Source: a virus. From it: a DNA stretch of 64,000 bases. Position numbers and translations under genes: made by a program. Every line of letters begins with the position of its first letter. Within the stretch, counting starts at the first letter, position 1. The notes under the pieces were generated by a model. The model did not search any database and was not told where the DNA came from. It saw only the letters and a list, made by a program, of their open reading frames with translations. Below are positions 55,801-64,000 of the stretch, in pieces. The DNA lies in IMG/VR virus record IMGVR_UViG_3300008117_000049, positions 71,337 through 135,336 of that record, one strand, 5' to 3'.

Positions 55801-58160
55801 CTAACTTCTCTATACCTTTAGTAATTCCAGAGCAAACCGAATCTGGTGATGGTAGAAAGTTCAAAGAAAACGCTATAACTTGGCGTGAACTTCCACTTCC
55901 ATTGTTATGGCAACCACAAACTGGAGACGGACATTCTGGCTCAGTTGTAGTTGGGCGTATTGACCACATTGAAAGAATAGATGGCGGAATTGGTCGTTGC
56001 TATGGAGTATTTGACAATGGGCCACACGCTACTGAAGTAGTAAGACTTATAAAGAACGGTTTTATTCGCGGAATTTCTGCGGATATGGACCAATTTGAAG
56101 CCACCGAAGAGAAGCCTGAAGAAAAGGCTGGCTTGACGGAAGAAAAACCTAGCCTAGATAAAAAAGAAGTAGGCAAGGACAAACTCACAATTAGTAAAGC
56201 CAGAATTATGGCAATTACCATTGTGCCAAAACCAGCATTCCAAGAATGCAAAATCTTCTTGACCGAAGAAGATAATCAAAATATAAATCCACAGGAGGAA
56301 ACCGTGATTAACGACGGAATCTATGTGGATGACGCGGATGAATTCGACGCTACTAGCCTTATCGCTTGCGGTATGGTAGCGGGAGCAATTCCCGTCAATC
56401 CACCTAGCGATTGGTTTAAAAAGCCAACTCTAAATGGTCCTACCCCCCTTACCGTAACTGATGAGGGTCAGGTGTATGGACACATTGCTTCTTGGGAAAC
56501 TGACCACATTGGTCTTTCCAGAGGCACAAAACCACCACGCAGTAGAAGCAACTACGCATATTTCCACACTGGAGTATGTAAAACTGCTGAGGGTAGCGAT
56601 ATTCCAGTCGGTCAACTGACATTGGCTGGCGGACACGCTTCTCTAGAAGCAAGTGCTGCTGACGCTGTAAAGCACTACGACGACACCGCATCAGCAGTAG
56701 CAGATGTCCACGCAGGTGAAGACCAGTATGGAATTTTTGTCGCAGGTGCTTTGAGACCGGGAACTACACCAGAGCAAATTAGAGCACTTCGTGCATCGGC
56801 TCCATCAGGTGACTGGCGACCAATCCGCGGGTCGCTTGAACTTGTAGCCGTCTGTCAGGTAAATGTTCCAGGCTTCCCAGTTGCTCGTGCTCGTGTTGCT
56901 TCAGGTGCTGTTATGGCTCTGGTTGCTGCTGGTGCCGCTACTCTTGCCAAGATGAAAGCAGACCCGCTAACCGAACTTACAGAGCGTCTAAAGAAACTAG
57001 AAGCATACTCTGTTTCGGACAAACTTGAGCAAGTTGATGCTATCAAGGCTAAGTTTGCTCAGTATAAAAACATTGAGCAGGTTGCCCCGTCAGCAGAAGA
57101 ACTTGCTTCGAGGGCTAGAGAGTTGTCAGCAAAGTTCCAATCTCTAACCGCTAGTGCTGAAGAAGAAGATGTATTTGCTTACATTCCTATGATTGAGCGT
57201 CAAAAACTTGCTAAGGCTGGAAAGGCTATGCCAAGTGGCTCTTTCCCTATTCGCAATGCCGAAGACTTACAAAATGCTATAAAGGCTTTTGGCCGTGCTA
57301 AGGAATCAGAGCGAGCAGATGTAAAGCGTCACATTATCAAGCGTGCTCGTGCCTTGGGCAAATATGACCTTGTTCCAGACGATTGGAAAAAGTTTTCTAC
57401 TCGCTCAATCACAGCAAGTGCTGAAGAACTAAAAGCAAGGCTAGCCAGTGCGGAGGAACGCCTGGGAAAAGCATTAGCGACTGAGTTTGCTGAAGTACCT
57501 GTAGCACCTGAAATTCCATCTGGAATTTCAGAGGCCCCACAGCAGGTTGCTTACGACCCAGCAAGCCCAGTCGCACCTACCCAGCCAGAGGCTCCAGCCC
57601 CAGCCCCAGCCCCTACTAGCGTAGAAAGCGGACTAAAAAATCCAGAAACTGGAAGATATACTCCGCAAACTCAGCCTAGAGACCAGAACGGAAAGTTTAG
57701 AAAAGTATTGGCTCGTCTGAGCCAAGACCTTGGAACTTCTGGTCTTCAGGCTGCGCTAGATGAGGCAAAGAGAGTAGAAAAATTACACTCTTTAGGTAGT
57801 TATGTAGAAGCAGCAAACGCTAGCGTCAATCTTCAAGACATCATTGGAAGACTAGATTCTGGTGCTTTGAACAACAGGGCACTAGAAAATGTGCGTGCTT
57901 CTGCTAAAGAACTCGGCACGGTTATCGCAAACCTACCATTAGGTTTCAATAACCAAGCCGAAAAAGTCAGATATTCTGACTTGCCACCAGCCTTGCGTGA
58001 CCTTATGGACAATATGGTTGCCAAAGTTGAGGCAAAAATTGGTAAGGAAGATGCCGATATCGCAACTGAAAAACTTAGACAATTCAAGAGCGGTTCCGAT
58101 GTTTTCAATCAAAGCAACATTTCTTCTGAAATGTCCAAATTGCTTAGGTTGCTTACCTAA
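52887..58160 (+). CDS. Multidomain capsid maturation protease / scaffold polyprotein
   Basis: ESGDGRKF..LPLPLLWQ..GHSGSVVVGRID..GISADMD..ITIVPKPAF protease region; two GGLDRNR..YW..C repeats; lies before the major capsid gene. Confidence 0.8.
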   Translation: MLSKCLGIDKNSIAYYGNSERYVAINTVFNAVVEHGTVTKEVQQKIDSLNPPVALPIETIELAISALSATKEDTETLLASARLYTIPAGVKAEAKKALEWRKEEKRGGTPVGLNTARTLARGGQIGIEKVRHIAKYFPRHEVDKKGKGWEPGEDNFPSNGRIAWALWGGDAAWRWARAIVERENKKALKADAGYSEIISADLSPIEDAFRMDDSIAPDFLARVRLDGSGIDRIYKIDLDGKVYAWDDGTWDDLGHAENGDIWTYDKALDDPYDTVEKTHVQIDPESAIIICARLNTDPFRNISIDEIDEEEASLAAEAASEEDWDFIDKVITAAGEGGGVVDKDGNYTPQERSQNASKQLRDGGGRFATQGKNVSVKGQGNGIITNVDQGSGNVTVKMENGQSVVVPAKDTKQVEEEDIASPVGPYSGSEIQKPLDVSGILGEPRTPQNMPKARLKDTYPPLGRDDLHKLLGDFPAWVREQRAQFKGTPQHPDSNFALDDEFDNASEDLESEEKSETKMGRPRKPKVNPKVHHPLLRQWEKSISPETPNPSDSNPEDAWAKPVTAAGKAKGSDVQPVYLAIVSPDDPRAVMDCVAVVPASETSNQPMTYVRRNKKWERDPKFLEDLKSATPPPVVPLKPEVLNDVLIQIDGLTASIAYSRDLELMVLFGPRVEIIEEFSELESLFAAGGLDRNRGNAEKLRHYWTRGKGAAKIRWGQPGDWTRCVRHLSKYLGVRAKGYCQLRHKEATGMYTATHAKRDRENSVQEFLLEEVITKNYGEPTHVTDRDMLTPIGEIVRDTKDNLYDSEWNPPLEIVEALSELSRCSDQEYDALVAAGGLDRNRRKAEKLRRYWTIGRGGRRKIKWNTGGDWTRCVKHLAKYLGPRAKGYCALRHKEMTGMWTGDKEHIQRYGGKRSRGRNFFSNDVINSSEEILKITYLTAEKNDLSNKMALVASSIPGLVKSMPLRENSDGANFSIPLVIPEQTESGDGRKFKENAITWRELPLPLLWQPQTGDGHSGSVVVGRIDHIERIDGGIGRCYGVFDNGPHATEVVRLIKNGFIRGISADMDQFEATEEKPEEKAGLTEEKPSLDKKEVGKDKLTISKARIMAITIVPKPAFQECKIFLTEEDNQNINPQEETVINDGIYVDDADEFDATSLIACGMVAGAIPVNPPSDWFKKPTLNGPTPLTVTDEGQVYGHIASWETDHIGLSRGTKPPRSRSNYAYFHTGVCKTAEGSDIPVGQLTLAGGHASLEASAADAVKHYDDTASAVADVHAGEDQYGIFVAGALRPGTTPEQIRALRASAPSGDWRPIRGSLELVAVCQVNVPGFPVARARVASGAVMALVAAGAATLAKMKADPLTELTERLKKLEAYSVSDKLEQVDAIKAKFAQYKNIEQVAPSAEELASRARELSAKFQSLTASAEEEDVFAYIPMIERQKLAKAGKAMPSGSFPIRNAEDLQNAIKAFGRAKESERADVKRHIIKRARALGKYDLVPDDWKKFSTRSITASAEELKARLASAEERLGKALATEFAEVPVAPEIPSGISEAPQQVAYDPASPVAPTQPEAPAPAPAPTSVESGLKNPETGRYTPQTQPRDQNGKFRKVLARLSQDLGTSGLQAALDEAKRVEKLHSLGSYVEAANASVNLQDIIGRLDSGALNNRALENVRASAKELGTVIANLPLGFNNQAEKVRYSDLPPALRDLMDNMVAKVEAKIGKEDADIATEKLRQFKSGSDVFNQSNISSEMSKLLRLLT

Positions 58161-58304
58161 AACTAAATAATAGACACAAAAAATCTATTGTAAAATAAAA
58201 CTTAGGTGGAGTGCCTTCACGCCATATCTGTGTGTGTAGTCCCTTTGCTTATACCAAGCAAGTGAGTGAAATACGCTCACTACAACTGTCCTTAAGGAGG
58301 AACA

Positions 58305-60317
58305 GTGGACCAAATTAAGTCGCAGGTAGATAACCTGTCTGAACTTAGTGACGAACAAGTCACCGAGTTGCAACAGGCAATCGTAAGCGAATTTGAGAAG
58401 GTCGAGTCTCAGGACATTTCTCCAGAAACAGTTGACGCTATGTCATCCCTCGCCGATATGTTGGACACTGTACGCGGTGATATCCAGCGTCGGGAATTGC
58501 AAGCAGAAGAACTCGCCTCACGAGCATCTGAAGCAGCAATGCGCGTAAAGGGTGAGGGTGAAGGCGATGTGGCTCCAGGTGAAGGTACCGATGTTGTTCC
58601 TATGGAAGAAGTAGTTCCAACCGACGAGCCAGTTGCCCCTGTCGACGAAGAGCAGCCAGATGCTATGGGTGATATGCCTGTAACTGACGAGGCTCCAGTC
58701 GAAGAGGTCCCAGTTGATGATGAAGAGGAAAAGAAAAAAGTTTCTCCTGAATACTCAACCGAAGACGCAGCGTCTACTACTACTGAAGAGACCCTAGAGT
58801 TCTCTACCGAGGCTACACCAGATGTAGTCGAACCATCAACTGAGGGTGGCGAAGAAGTTGCCCCCGAAGAAACCCCAACAATCGAAACTCCAACAGTGGA
58901 AGAAGTTCCACAGGAAGAACAGGTTCCCGTGACCGCAGCAGCAGAAGAGGGCTTCCAGGCTCCCGCTGACCGTCAGCCAGTAATTCAGGTTAAGGAGCCA
59001 GCACAGGTGGCAATCACCGCAGGTGCTGACATCCCTGGTTACACTGCAGGTAGCGCAATTGCAGACATGACCGAAGTTGCTCAGGCAATGGAGAAGCGTC
59101 TACACGCGCTTCGTCGTGTCAATGGTGGAGATGGAGAGCAGCACATCGTTGCATCTTTCTCTACTTCATACCCAGAGGACAGAGTCCTCACCACCGACCC
59201 AGAGTCAAACCGTTCCAAGATTGACGCAGTTGTAGGCCAGCAAGCACTTACCGCTTCTGGTGGACACGCTGCTCCATTCGAGGTCAAGTATGACATCTTT
59301 GGTCTCGGCTCGACCACTGACCGCCCAGTCCGTGACCTTCTACCGAAGTTCCAGGCTGACCGTGGTGGTGTTCGTTTCGTAACTCCTCCAACCCTAATCA
59401 GCCTAACCAACGCTAACGCTAACGCTGCTTCGGTCTATGACTACGCTAACGCTGTAGGTCTATGGAACGAAACCACTGCTAGCCCAAGCGTTGCTTCTTG
59501 GACTAACAACATTGGTGACAACACCACTACAGTTAAGGGAACCCTTACTGTATCGGCTGCGGCAGAAAACACTGCTTACACCGACGCTGTTACTCTACAG
59601 TTGCAGTTCGGTAACCTGATGACCCGTGCTTACCCAGAGTTGATTTCTCGTCACAACGAGTTGGCTCTTGTTCAGCATGCTCGTGAAGCAGAACTTGTTC
59701 TACTTGACAAGATTAGTAGCGCATCTAAGGCAGTTAACGCTCACGCCGCAACTACCGAAGCAGCAAACCTAATTGGTGTTGCTCGTGACTTCTTGATTCA
59801 GGTTCGTAAGGCTGCTGTTGCTTACCGCTCACGCCACCGTCTAAACCCAGAGACTCGTCTAAAGGCGATTATCCCTGCTTGGATTTACGACGCTATGGCT
59901 GCTGACTTGGCTCTTTCGATGCCAGGCGACGGCACTCTAGGCGTAGGTGCAAACGAAATCAAGGGCTACCTAGCAGGAAGCAATGTCGACCTAGTCGCAT
60001 CGCTAGACCTGAACTCATTTGGTGCTCAGCCAGGCGCTTCTGCCAAGTTGCTTGAGTTCCCAGACCAGTTCGTATGGTACCTATTCGCTGAGGGAACATT
60101 CTTGTTCCTAGACGGTGGAACTCTTGACCTTGGTATTATCCGTGACTCTTCACTGGTAAACACCAACGACTACAAGATGTTCATTGAAACCTTCGAGGGC
60201 GTTGCCTTTGTTGGTGTGGAGTCTTTGAAGATTACCACAAGCATCAGCGTCAATGGTGTGGCTGCCGCTCTACGCGACACCACTGGTGGTGCTACCGCCG
60301 CTGCTATCGAAGAGTAA
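58305..60317 (+). CDS. Major capsid protein with acidic scaffold-like N-terminus
   Basis: GTG start, RBS aaggagg; ALTASGGHAAP..YD..RGGVRF; FLFLDGGTLDLGIIRDS; strongly biased codons. Confidence 0.9.
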   Translation: MDQIKSQVDNLSELSDEQVTELQQAIVSEFEKVESQDISPETVDAMSSLADMLDTVRGDIQRRELQAEELASRASEAAMRVKGEGEGDVAPGEGTDVVPMEEVVPTDEPVAPVDEEQPDAMGDMPVTDEAPVEEVPVDDEEEKKKVSPEYSTEDAASTTTEETLEFSTEATPDVVEPSTEGGEEVAPEETPTIETPTVEEVPQEEQVPVTAAAEEGFQAPADRQPVIQVKEPAQVAITAGADIPGYTAGSAIADMTEVAQAMEKRLHALRRVNGGDGEQHIVASFSTSYPEDRVLTTDPESNRSKIDAVVGQQALTASGGHAAPFEVKYDIFGLGSTTDRPVRDLLPKFQADRGGVRFVTPPTLISLTNANANAASVYDYANAVGLWNETTASPSVASWTNNIGDNTTTVKGTLTVSAAAENTAYTDAVTLQLQFGNLMTRAYPELISRHNELALVQHAREAELVLLDKISSASKAVNAHAATTEAANLIGVARDFLIQVRKAAVAYRSRHRLNPETRLKAIIPAWIYDAMAADLALSMPGDGTLGVGANEIKGYLAGSNVDLVASLDLNSFGAQPGASAKLLEFPDQFVWYLFAEGTFLFLDGGTLDLGIIRDSSLVNTNDYKMFIETFEGVAFVGVESLKITTSISVNGVAAALRDTTGGATAAAIEE

Positions 60318-60351
60318 AAACTTCTTTAGTAAAAGCAAAACCGTTGTGTGC

Positions 60352-60377
60352 GGAGTGGCTCTTTCGGGAGCCACTCC
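60352..60377 (+). terminator. Strong hairpin after the major capsid gene, no U-tract (attenuator or stabiliser)
   Basis: ggagtggctc-tttcgg-gagccactcc. Confidence 0.6.
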
Positions 60378-60419
60378 AAACACCACAAAACATAAACTTT
60401 ATAAAGTTAAGGATTCAAA

Positions 60420-61508
60420 GTGGCTTTTCCAAAGAATGGCGTTGTAGAGGCAGGAAAAATTGTGCCCTCCGCTTTTGGCCTACTTGCTGTAGTCAAGCCA
60501 GAAAACTCGGCAGACGAAGACCGTTGGATTCGGGGATTTTCTCAAGAATATGAGACTACCGTAAACAACTTAAAAAACTTTGACGACACTGACACGAGCA
60601 GTTACGCACTTGTAAGCAACGCAACCGTAAATTATTACGACGAAATAAAACCTTTCTTTATAGAAATTGATGAAGTCCGTTCAACTCTAGGATTTCTAGG
60701 AATTGACAGAATTGAAAGACTAAAGCGCCAATTAGATGGTGTAAGCCAAAAGGCTTTAGAGCGTGAATTGTGGGATGGCGATATTCGCATTGCTAGAAGC
60801 CACGACAACAGGGCGTTAGTAAGCAATGCTACCGTTATAAATTCTGGAGTTGCACTTTCACCAAAGCGTGCCTTGGCTTTTCTAGAACACTCAATTGCCA
60901 CTGTCTCTCACGGCGGTGAGCAGGGAGTTATCCACGCTACTCGTGATGTTGTTGCCTTACTGTCTAGCAACTCAAATATGCTTTTCCACGAAACTGGTAA
61001 AGACCACCTACAAACTATGGGCGGAACTCCAGTTGTTGTTGGTAGTGGTTATAGCGGAAATGGGCCCAGAATTGCTTTAGCAACTGCCGCAATTTCTACT
61101 AACACAACTCTTACTCTTAACACTGCTTCTCCGCACTATCTAGTGACTGGAGATACTGTGGCATTTTCCGCAGTTGGAGCAAACATTGACCAAAGTTCTA
61201 CATCTGCTACTGTAACTAAAGTAGACGCTGACACAGTTACTATCACTATTGCTAGTGCAACTAACGCTACTTCAGAAGCAGTTACTGGATATATTCAACA
61301 GTTGGGAACGGCTTCTGAAAAGTGGATTTACGCAACTGGCAATGTCAGGGTCTACCTTGGCGATGTAGATGTAGTAAATGACAACCTAGGTCAAGGTTAT
61401 GACATTGCAGGAAATAAAAATGACATCAGACTAAAGGCAATTCGCCCCGCTGCGGTTTACTTTGGTACATCCATCCACCTCGCTGTCAGGGTTGACCTGA
61501 CAGTCTAA
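60420..61508 (+). CDS. Second capsid protein (pentamer-type by analogy to cluster-B actinophages) with a Thr/Val-rich insert
   Basis: Position; FGLL..RW..G, T.GGTPVVVGSGY, WIYATG.V. Confidence 0.6.
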   Translation: MAFPKNGVVEAGKIVPSAFGLLAVVKPENSADEDRWIRGFSQEYETTVNNLKNFDDTDTSSYALVSNATVNYYDEIKPFFIEIDEVRSTLGFLGIDRIERLKRQLDGVSQKALERELWDGDIRIARSHDNRALVSNATVINSGVALSPKRALAFLEHSIATVSHGGEQGVIHATRDVVALLSSNSNMLFHETGKDHLQTMGGTPVVVGSGYSGNGPRIALATAAISTNTTLTLNTASPHYLVTGDTVAFSAVGANIDQSSTSATVTKVDADTVTITIASATNATSEAVTGYIQQLGTASEKWIYATGNVRVYLGDVDVVNDNLGQGYDIAGNKNDIRLKAIRPAAVYFGTSIHLAVRVDLTV

Positions 61509-61525
61509 AAAAAGGAGAAAGCCAA

Positions 61526-62637
61526 ATGGCTACTCAAGAATATGCTGCTAGCATTCAAGGTGTCTCTATCCGTGTCACGCGCCTTGACGCTGCTGGCAAC
61601 TTGCTAAATGGCGCAGGTGATTCATACACCACTTCTGCTTTTATGCGAGTCTCATTTACCCCTGAATATGAAGAGGGAGATGAAATAACTGAAAAGTCAG
61701 CAAACGGCACGGTTTGTGTAACTTACAAAGCACCTGACACCCTAAAGCGTATCACTATGGAACTTGCAATCTGTGAGCCTGACGCTGAACTTTCGCAACT
61801 TCTTTCAGGCGGTCTACTTCTTCGTAAGAATGTAGATGGCGTTGTAAAGAGCGTTGGTTGGGCAGCCCCTGGCGTTGGTGACGACCCAGCGGGTAACGGT
61901 GTTGCAATTGAGGCTTGGTCTCACGCAGTAAAGGATGGAAAGCGTGCTTCGGTACTTCCTTACTTCCACTGGGTGTTCCCTTACGCCAAGTTGCGTCAGT
62001 CAGGTGACCGTGTAATTGAAAACGGTATGCTTGCTTCAACTTTTGAAGGTTATGGTTTGGGAAACAGAAACTTTGGTGCTGGAGCAGACGGCCGCTGGGA
62101 GTTCCCAGTAGCGGCAGAACGCCCTTATTCATATGCTCGTGCTTCATGGGCACCAGTCGGACTACAAGGCTTCTATACTTGGACCGACAAGGCTAGCGAA
62201 GCAGTCTTCTTTACTGCTGGTGGAAACATTCAAGGTCAGACTATACTCAAATTAACGCCACTTCAACTACAGCAACAGTTATCTTTAGCGCGGCACACAA
62301 CATTGCCACTAACGACAAGATTTATGTATCTGGTGCTGGCGAGCCGTTCAACACCATTACTTCTGGTGTGGCTGCTACAAATGTTAACAGCACTGCTATT
62401 ACATACACAATTCCTAGTGCTTACACTGGAACTGCAACTCTTGACAAGTTCACTAGAGTTCAACTTGTTGATTCTGCTGACGAGCCGGGTGCCAACAACT
62501 ACACTGCTGTTACCACAACTCAGATTGACACTAAGTATGCTAATGGCGCAGGTGAAGACACCTACAATGTTCCGGGTAACCTCAACTATGTTGCTGATAG
62601 CAATGTTGACTTCATCATTAAATCTAACGAAGACTAA
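61526..62637 (+). pseudogene. Tail tube (major tail) protein copy 1, frameshifted at about 62243
   Basis: Near-identical to copy 2 up to IQGQT; homology resumes in the -1 frame and ends NVDFIIKSNED-stop at 62637. Confidence 0.7.
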
Positions 62638-62652
62638 GGAGAACAGGTCTAA

Positions 62653-63990
62653 ATGGCAACTCAGGAATACGCAGCCAGCATTCAAGGTGTGTCTATTCGC
62701 GTAACGCGTCTAGACGCTGCTGGCAACCTACTAAATGGTCCTGGCGACTCTTACACCACTTCAGCATTTATGCGTGTGTCTTTCACGCCAGAATATGAAG
62801 AGGGCGACGAGATTACTGAGAAAAGTGCCAATGGAACTGTTTGTGTAACATTTAAATCACCAGACACCCTAAAGAGAATTACTATGGAGTTGGCTATTTG
62901 TGAACCAGATGCTGAACTTTCACAGTTGCTTTCTGGCGGTCTGTTGCTTCGTAAGACCGTTGATGGTGTAGTCAAATCTGTTGGTTGGGCTGCCCCAGGT
63001 GTAGGTGATGACCCTGCTGGAAACGGTGTGGCAATTGAAGCGTGGTCACACGCCGTCAAAGACGGAAAGCGTGCTAGCGTTTTGCCATACTTCCACTGGG
63101 TCTTTCCTTACGCAAAACTTCGTCAAAGTGGTGACAGAGTTATTGAAAACGGTATGTTGGCTACCACATTTGAGGGATACGGTCTAGGAAATAAGAACTT
63201 TGGTTCTGGTTCTGATGGCCGTTGGGAGTTCCCTGTTGCTTCTGAAAGGCCGTATTCTTACTCAAGAAGTTCTTGGGCTCCAATTGGTCTTGCTGGGTTC
63301 TACACTTGGACTGACGAGGCTTCTTACCAGAAGTTCTTTACCAAGTCTGGAATTCAGGGAGCAACCGATATTGCTGTTGACAGTATTTATGGAAATGGAA
63401 ATGTTGCTACTGTAACTTTGAGCGACACAACCGCAAACGCTTCCATTGTCACTGGTGACAAAATTTATGTAAATAACTGTGGTGAGCCTTTCAACACTAC
63501 AACTGTTGGCACTGCTATCACTGTTCTTGGAAATCAAACGGCTGCTGCGAATGTAACTGCCTCAAACACTACAATTACCGTGGCTGACACTACTGGATAT
63601 GTGGTTGGTCAGGCTATTGCCAAGGTTTCTGGTGGAGCAACGCTAGCAAACACAACAATTGCCACAATTGTAAATAGCACCGCATTTACCGTGACTACTG
63701 CTCCAACTGGAAATGGAAACTTAGTGTTTAGTATTGCTGGTGGGACTGCGTTCTACTACACCACTAACGCCAACTTGTCATCAAACTTGACCGCAACCTT
63801 GGACAAGTACAGCCGTATCAATCTAGTAGATAGCGTAACTGAGGCTGGTTCTTACACCGCTGTTACTACTACCGCAATTGACACCAAGTACGCTAATGGT
63901 TCTGGAGAAGATACATACAATGTTCCTGGAAACTTGAACTATGTGTCCGACAACAATGTTGACTTTATTATCAAGTCAAACGAGGATTAA
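62653..63990 (+). CDS. Tail tube (major tail) protein copy 2
   Basis: IRVTRLDAAG..EEGDEITEKSANGTVCV as in actinophage major tail proteins; RBS aaggag. Confidence 0.85.
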   Translation: MATQEYAASIQGVSIRVTRLDAAGNLLNGPGDSYTTSAFMRVSFTPEYEEGDEITEKSANGTVCVTFKSPDTLKRITMELAICEPDAELSQLLSGGLLLRKTVDGVVKSVGWAAPGVGDDPAGNGVAIEAWSHAVKDGKRASVLPYFHWVFPYAKLRQSGDRVIENGMLATTFEGYGLGNKNFGSGSDGRWEFPVASERPYSYSRSSWAPIGLAGFYTWTDEASYQKFFTKSGIQGATDIAVDSIYGNGNVATVTLSDTTANASIVTGDKIYVNNCGEPFNTTTVGTAITVLGNQTAAANVTASNTTITVADTTGYVVGQAIAKVSGGATLANTTIATIVNSTAFTVTTAPTGNGNLVFSIAGGTAFYYTTNANLSSNLTATLDKYSRINLVDSVTEAGSYTAVTTTAIDTKYANGSGEDTYNVPGNLNYVSDNNVDFIIKSNED

Positions 63991-64000
63991 TAGTTAGATA

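Larger units (their letters stand above)
1..64000 (+). mobile_element. Segment of a large tailed bacteriophage genome, probable actinobacterial host
   Basis: TerL-portal-protease-capsid-tail gene order; dense co-oriented small genes; ClgR-like regulator; no host housekeeping genes. Confidence 0.95.

Noticed and set aside
62221-62227. TGGAAAC as a programmed -1 slippery site
   Set aside because: Not an XXXYYYZ heptamer, and homology to copy 2 continues in frame 0 beyond it (IQGQT versus IQGAT)
62244-62704. Leu-rich C-terminus of the 392-aa tail ORF and the separate 89-aa ORF at 62368
   Set aside because: These are out-of-frame read-through and the displaced true C-terminus of one frameshifted gene
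1-64000. tRNA, rRNA, integrase, transposase or alternative genetic code
   Set aside because: None recognised by eye; long ORFs are intact under the standard bacterial code

Overview
This is a 64 kb segment of a large tailed dsDNA phage, almost entirely coded on the + strand. An actinobacterial host is inferred from a ClgR-like regulator, SigR/SigH-type promoters and structural genes resembling mycobacteriophage cluster B. Bases 1-23 kb are an accessory/early region: a MoxR AAA+/VWA pair, many small genes in promoter-gene-terminator cassettes, NlpC/P60, an A24 prepilin peptidase and an HDAC-family deacetylase. Bases 23-64 kb are a packaging/virion module: TerL, a phosphatase, portal, Dps, giant 3245-aa and 4108-aa proteins, a 1757-aa maturation-protease polyprotein, two capsid proteins and two tail-tube paralogs (the first frameshifted). 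Main candidates for novelty: (1) a head-module polyprotein with five ADP-ribosyltransferase-like domains and a zincin, separated by a recurring V(N/S)YAP motif, with a small RBS-bearing ORF overprinted in one linker; (2) 13 exact GGAA(T/G)-N18-GTT promoters, four with ClgR-type boxes at fixed 35-36 bp spacing, plus a phage ClgR homologue; (3) a three-copy covarying RNA pseudoknot; (4) several dispersed repeat families. No tRNA, rRNA or CRISPR array was seen. All assignments are by eye from motifs; no searches were run.
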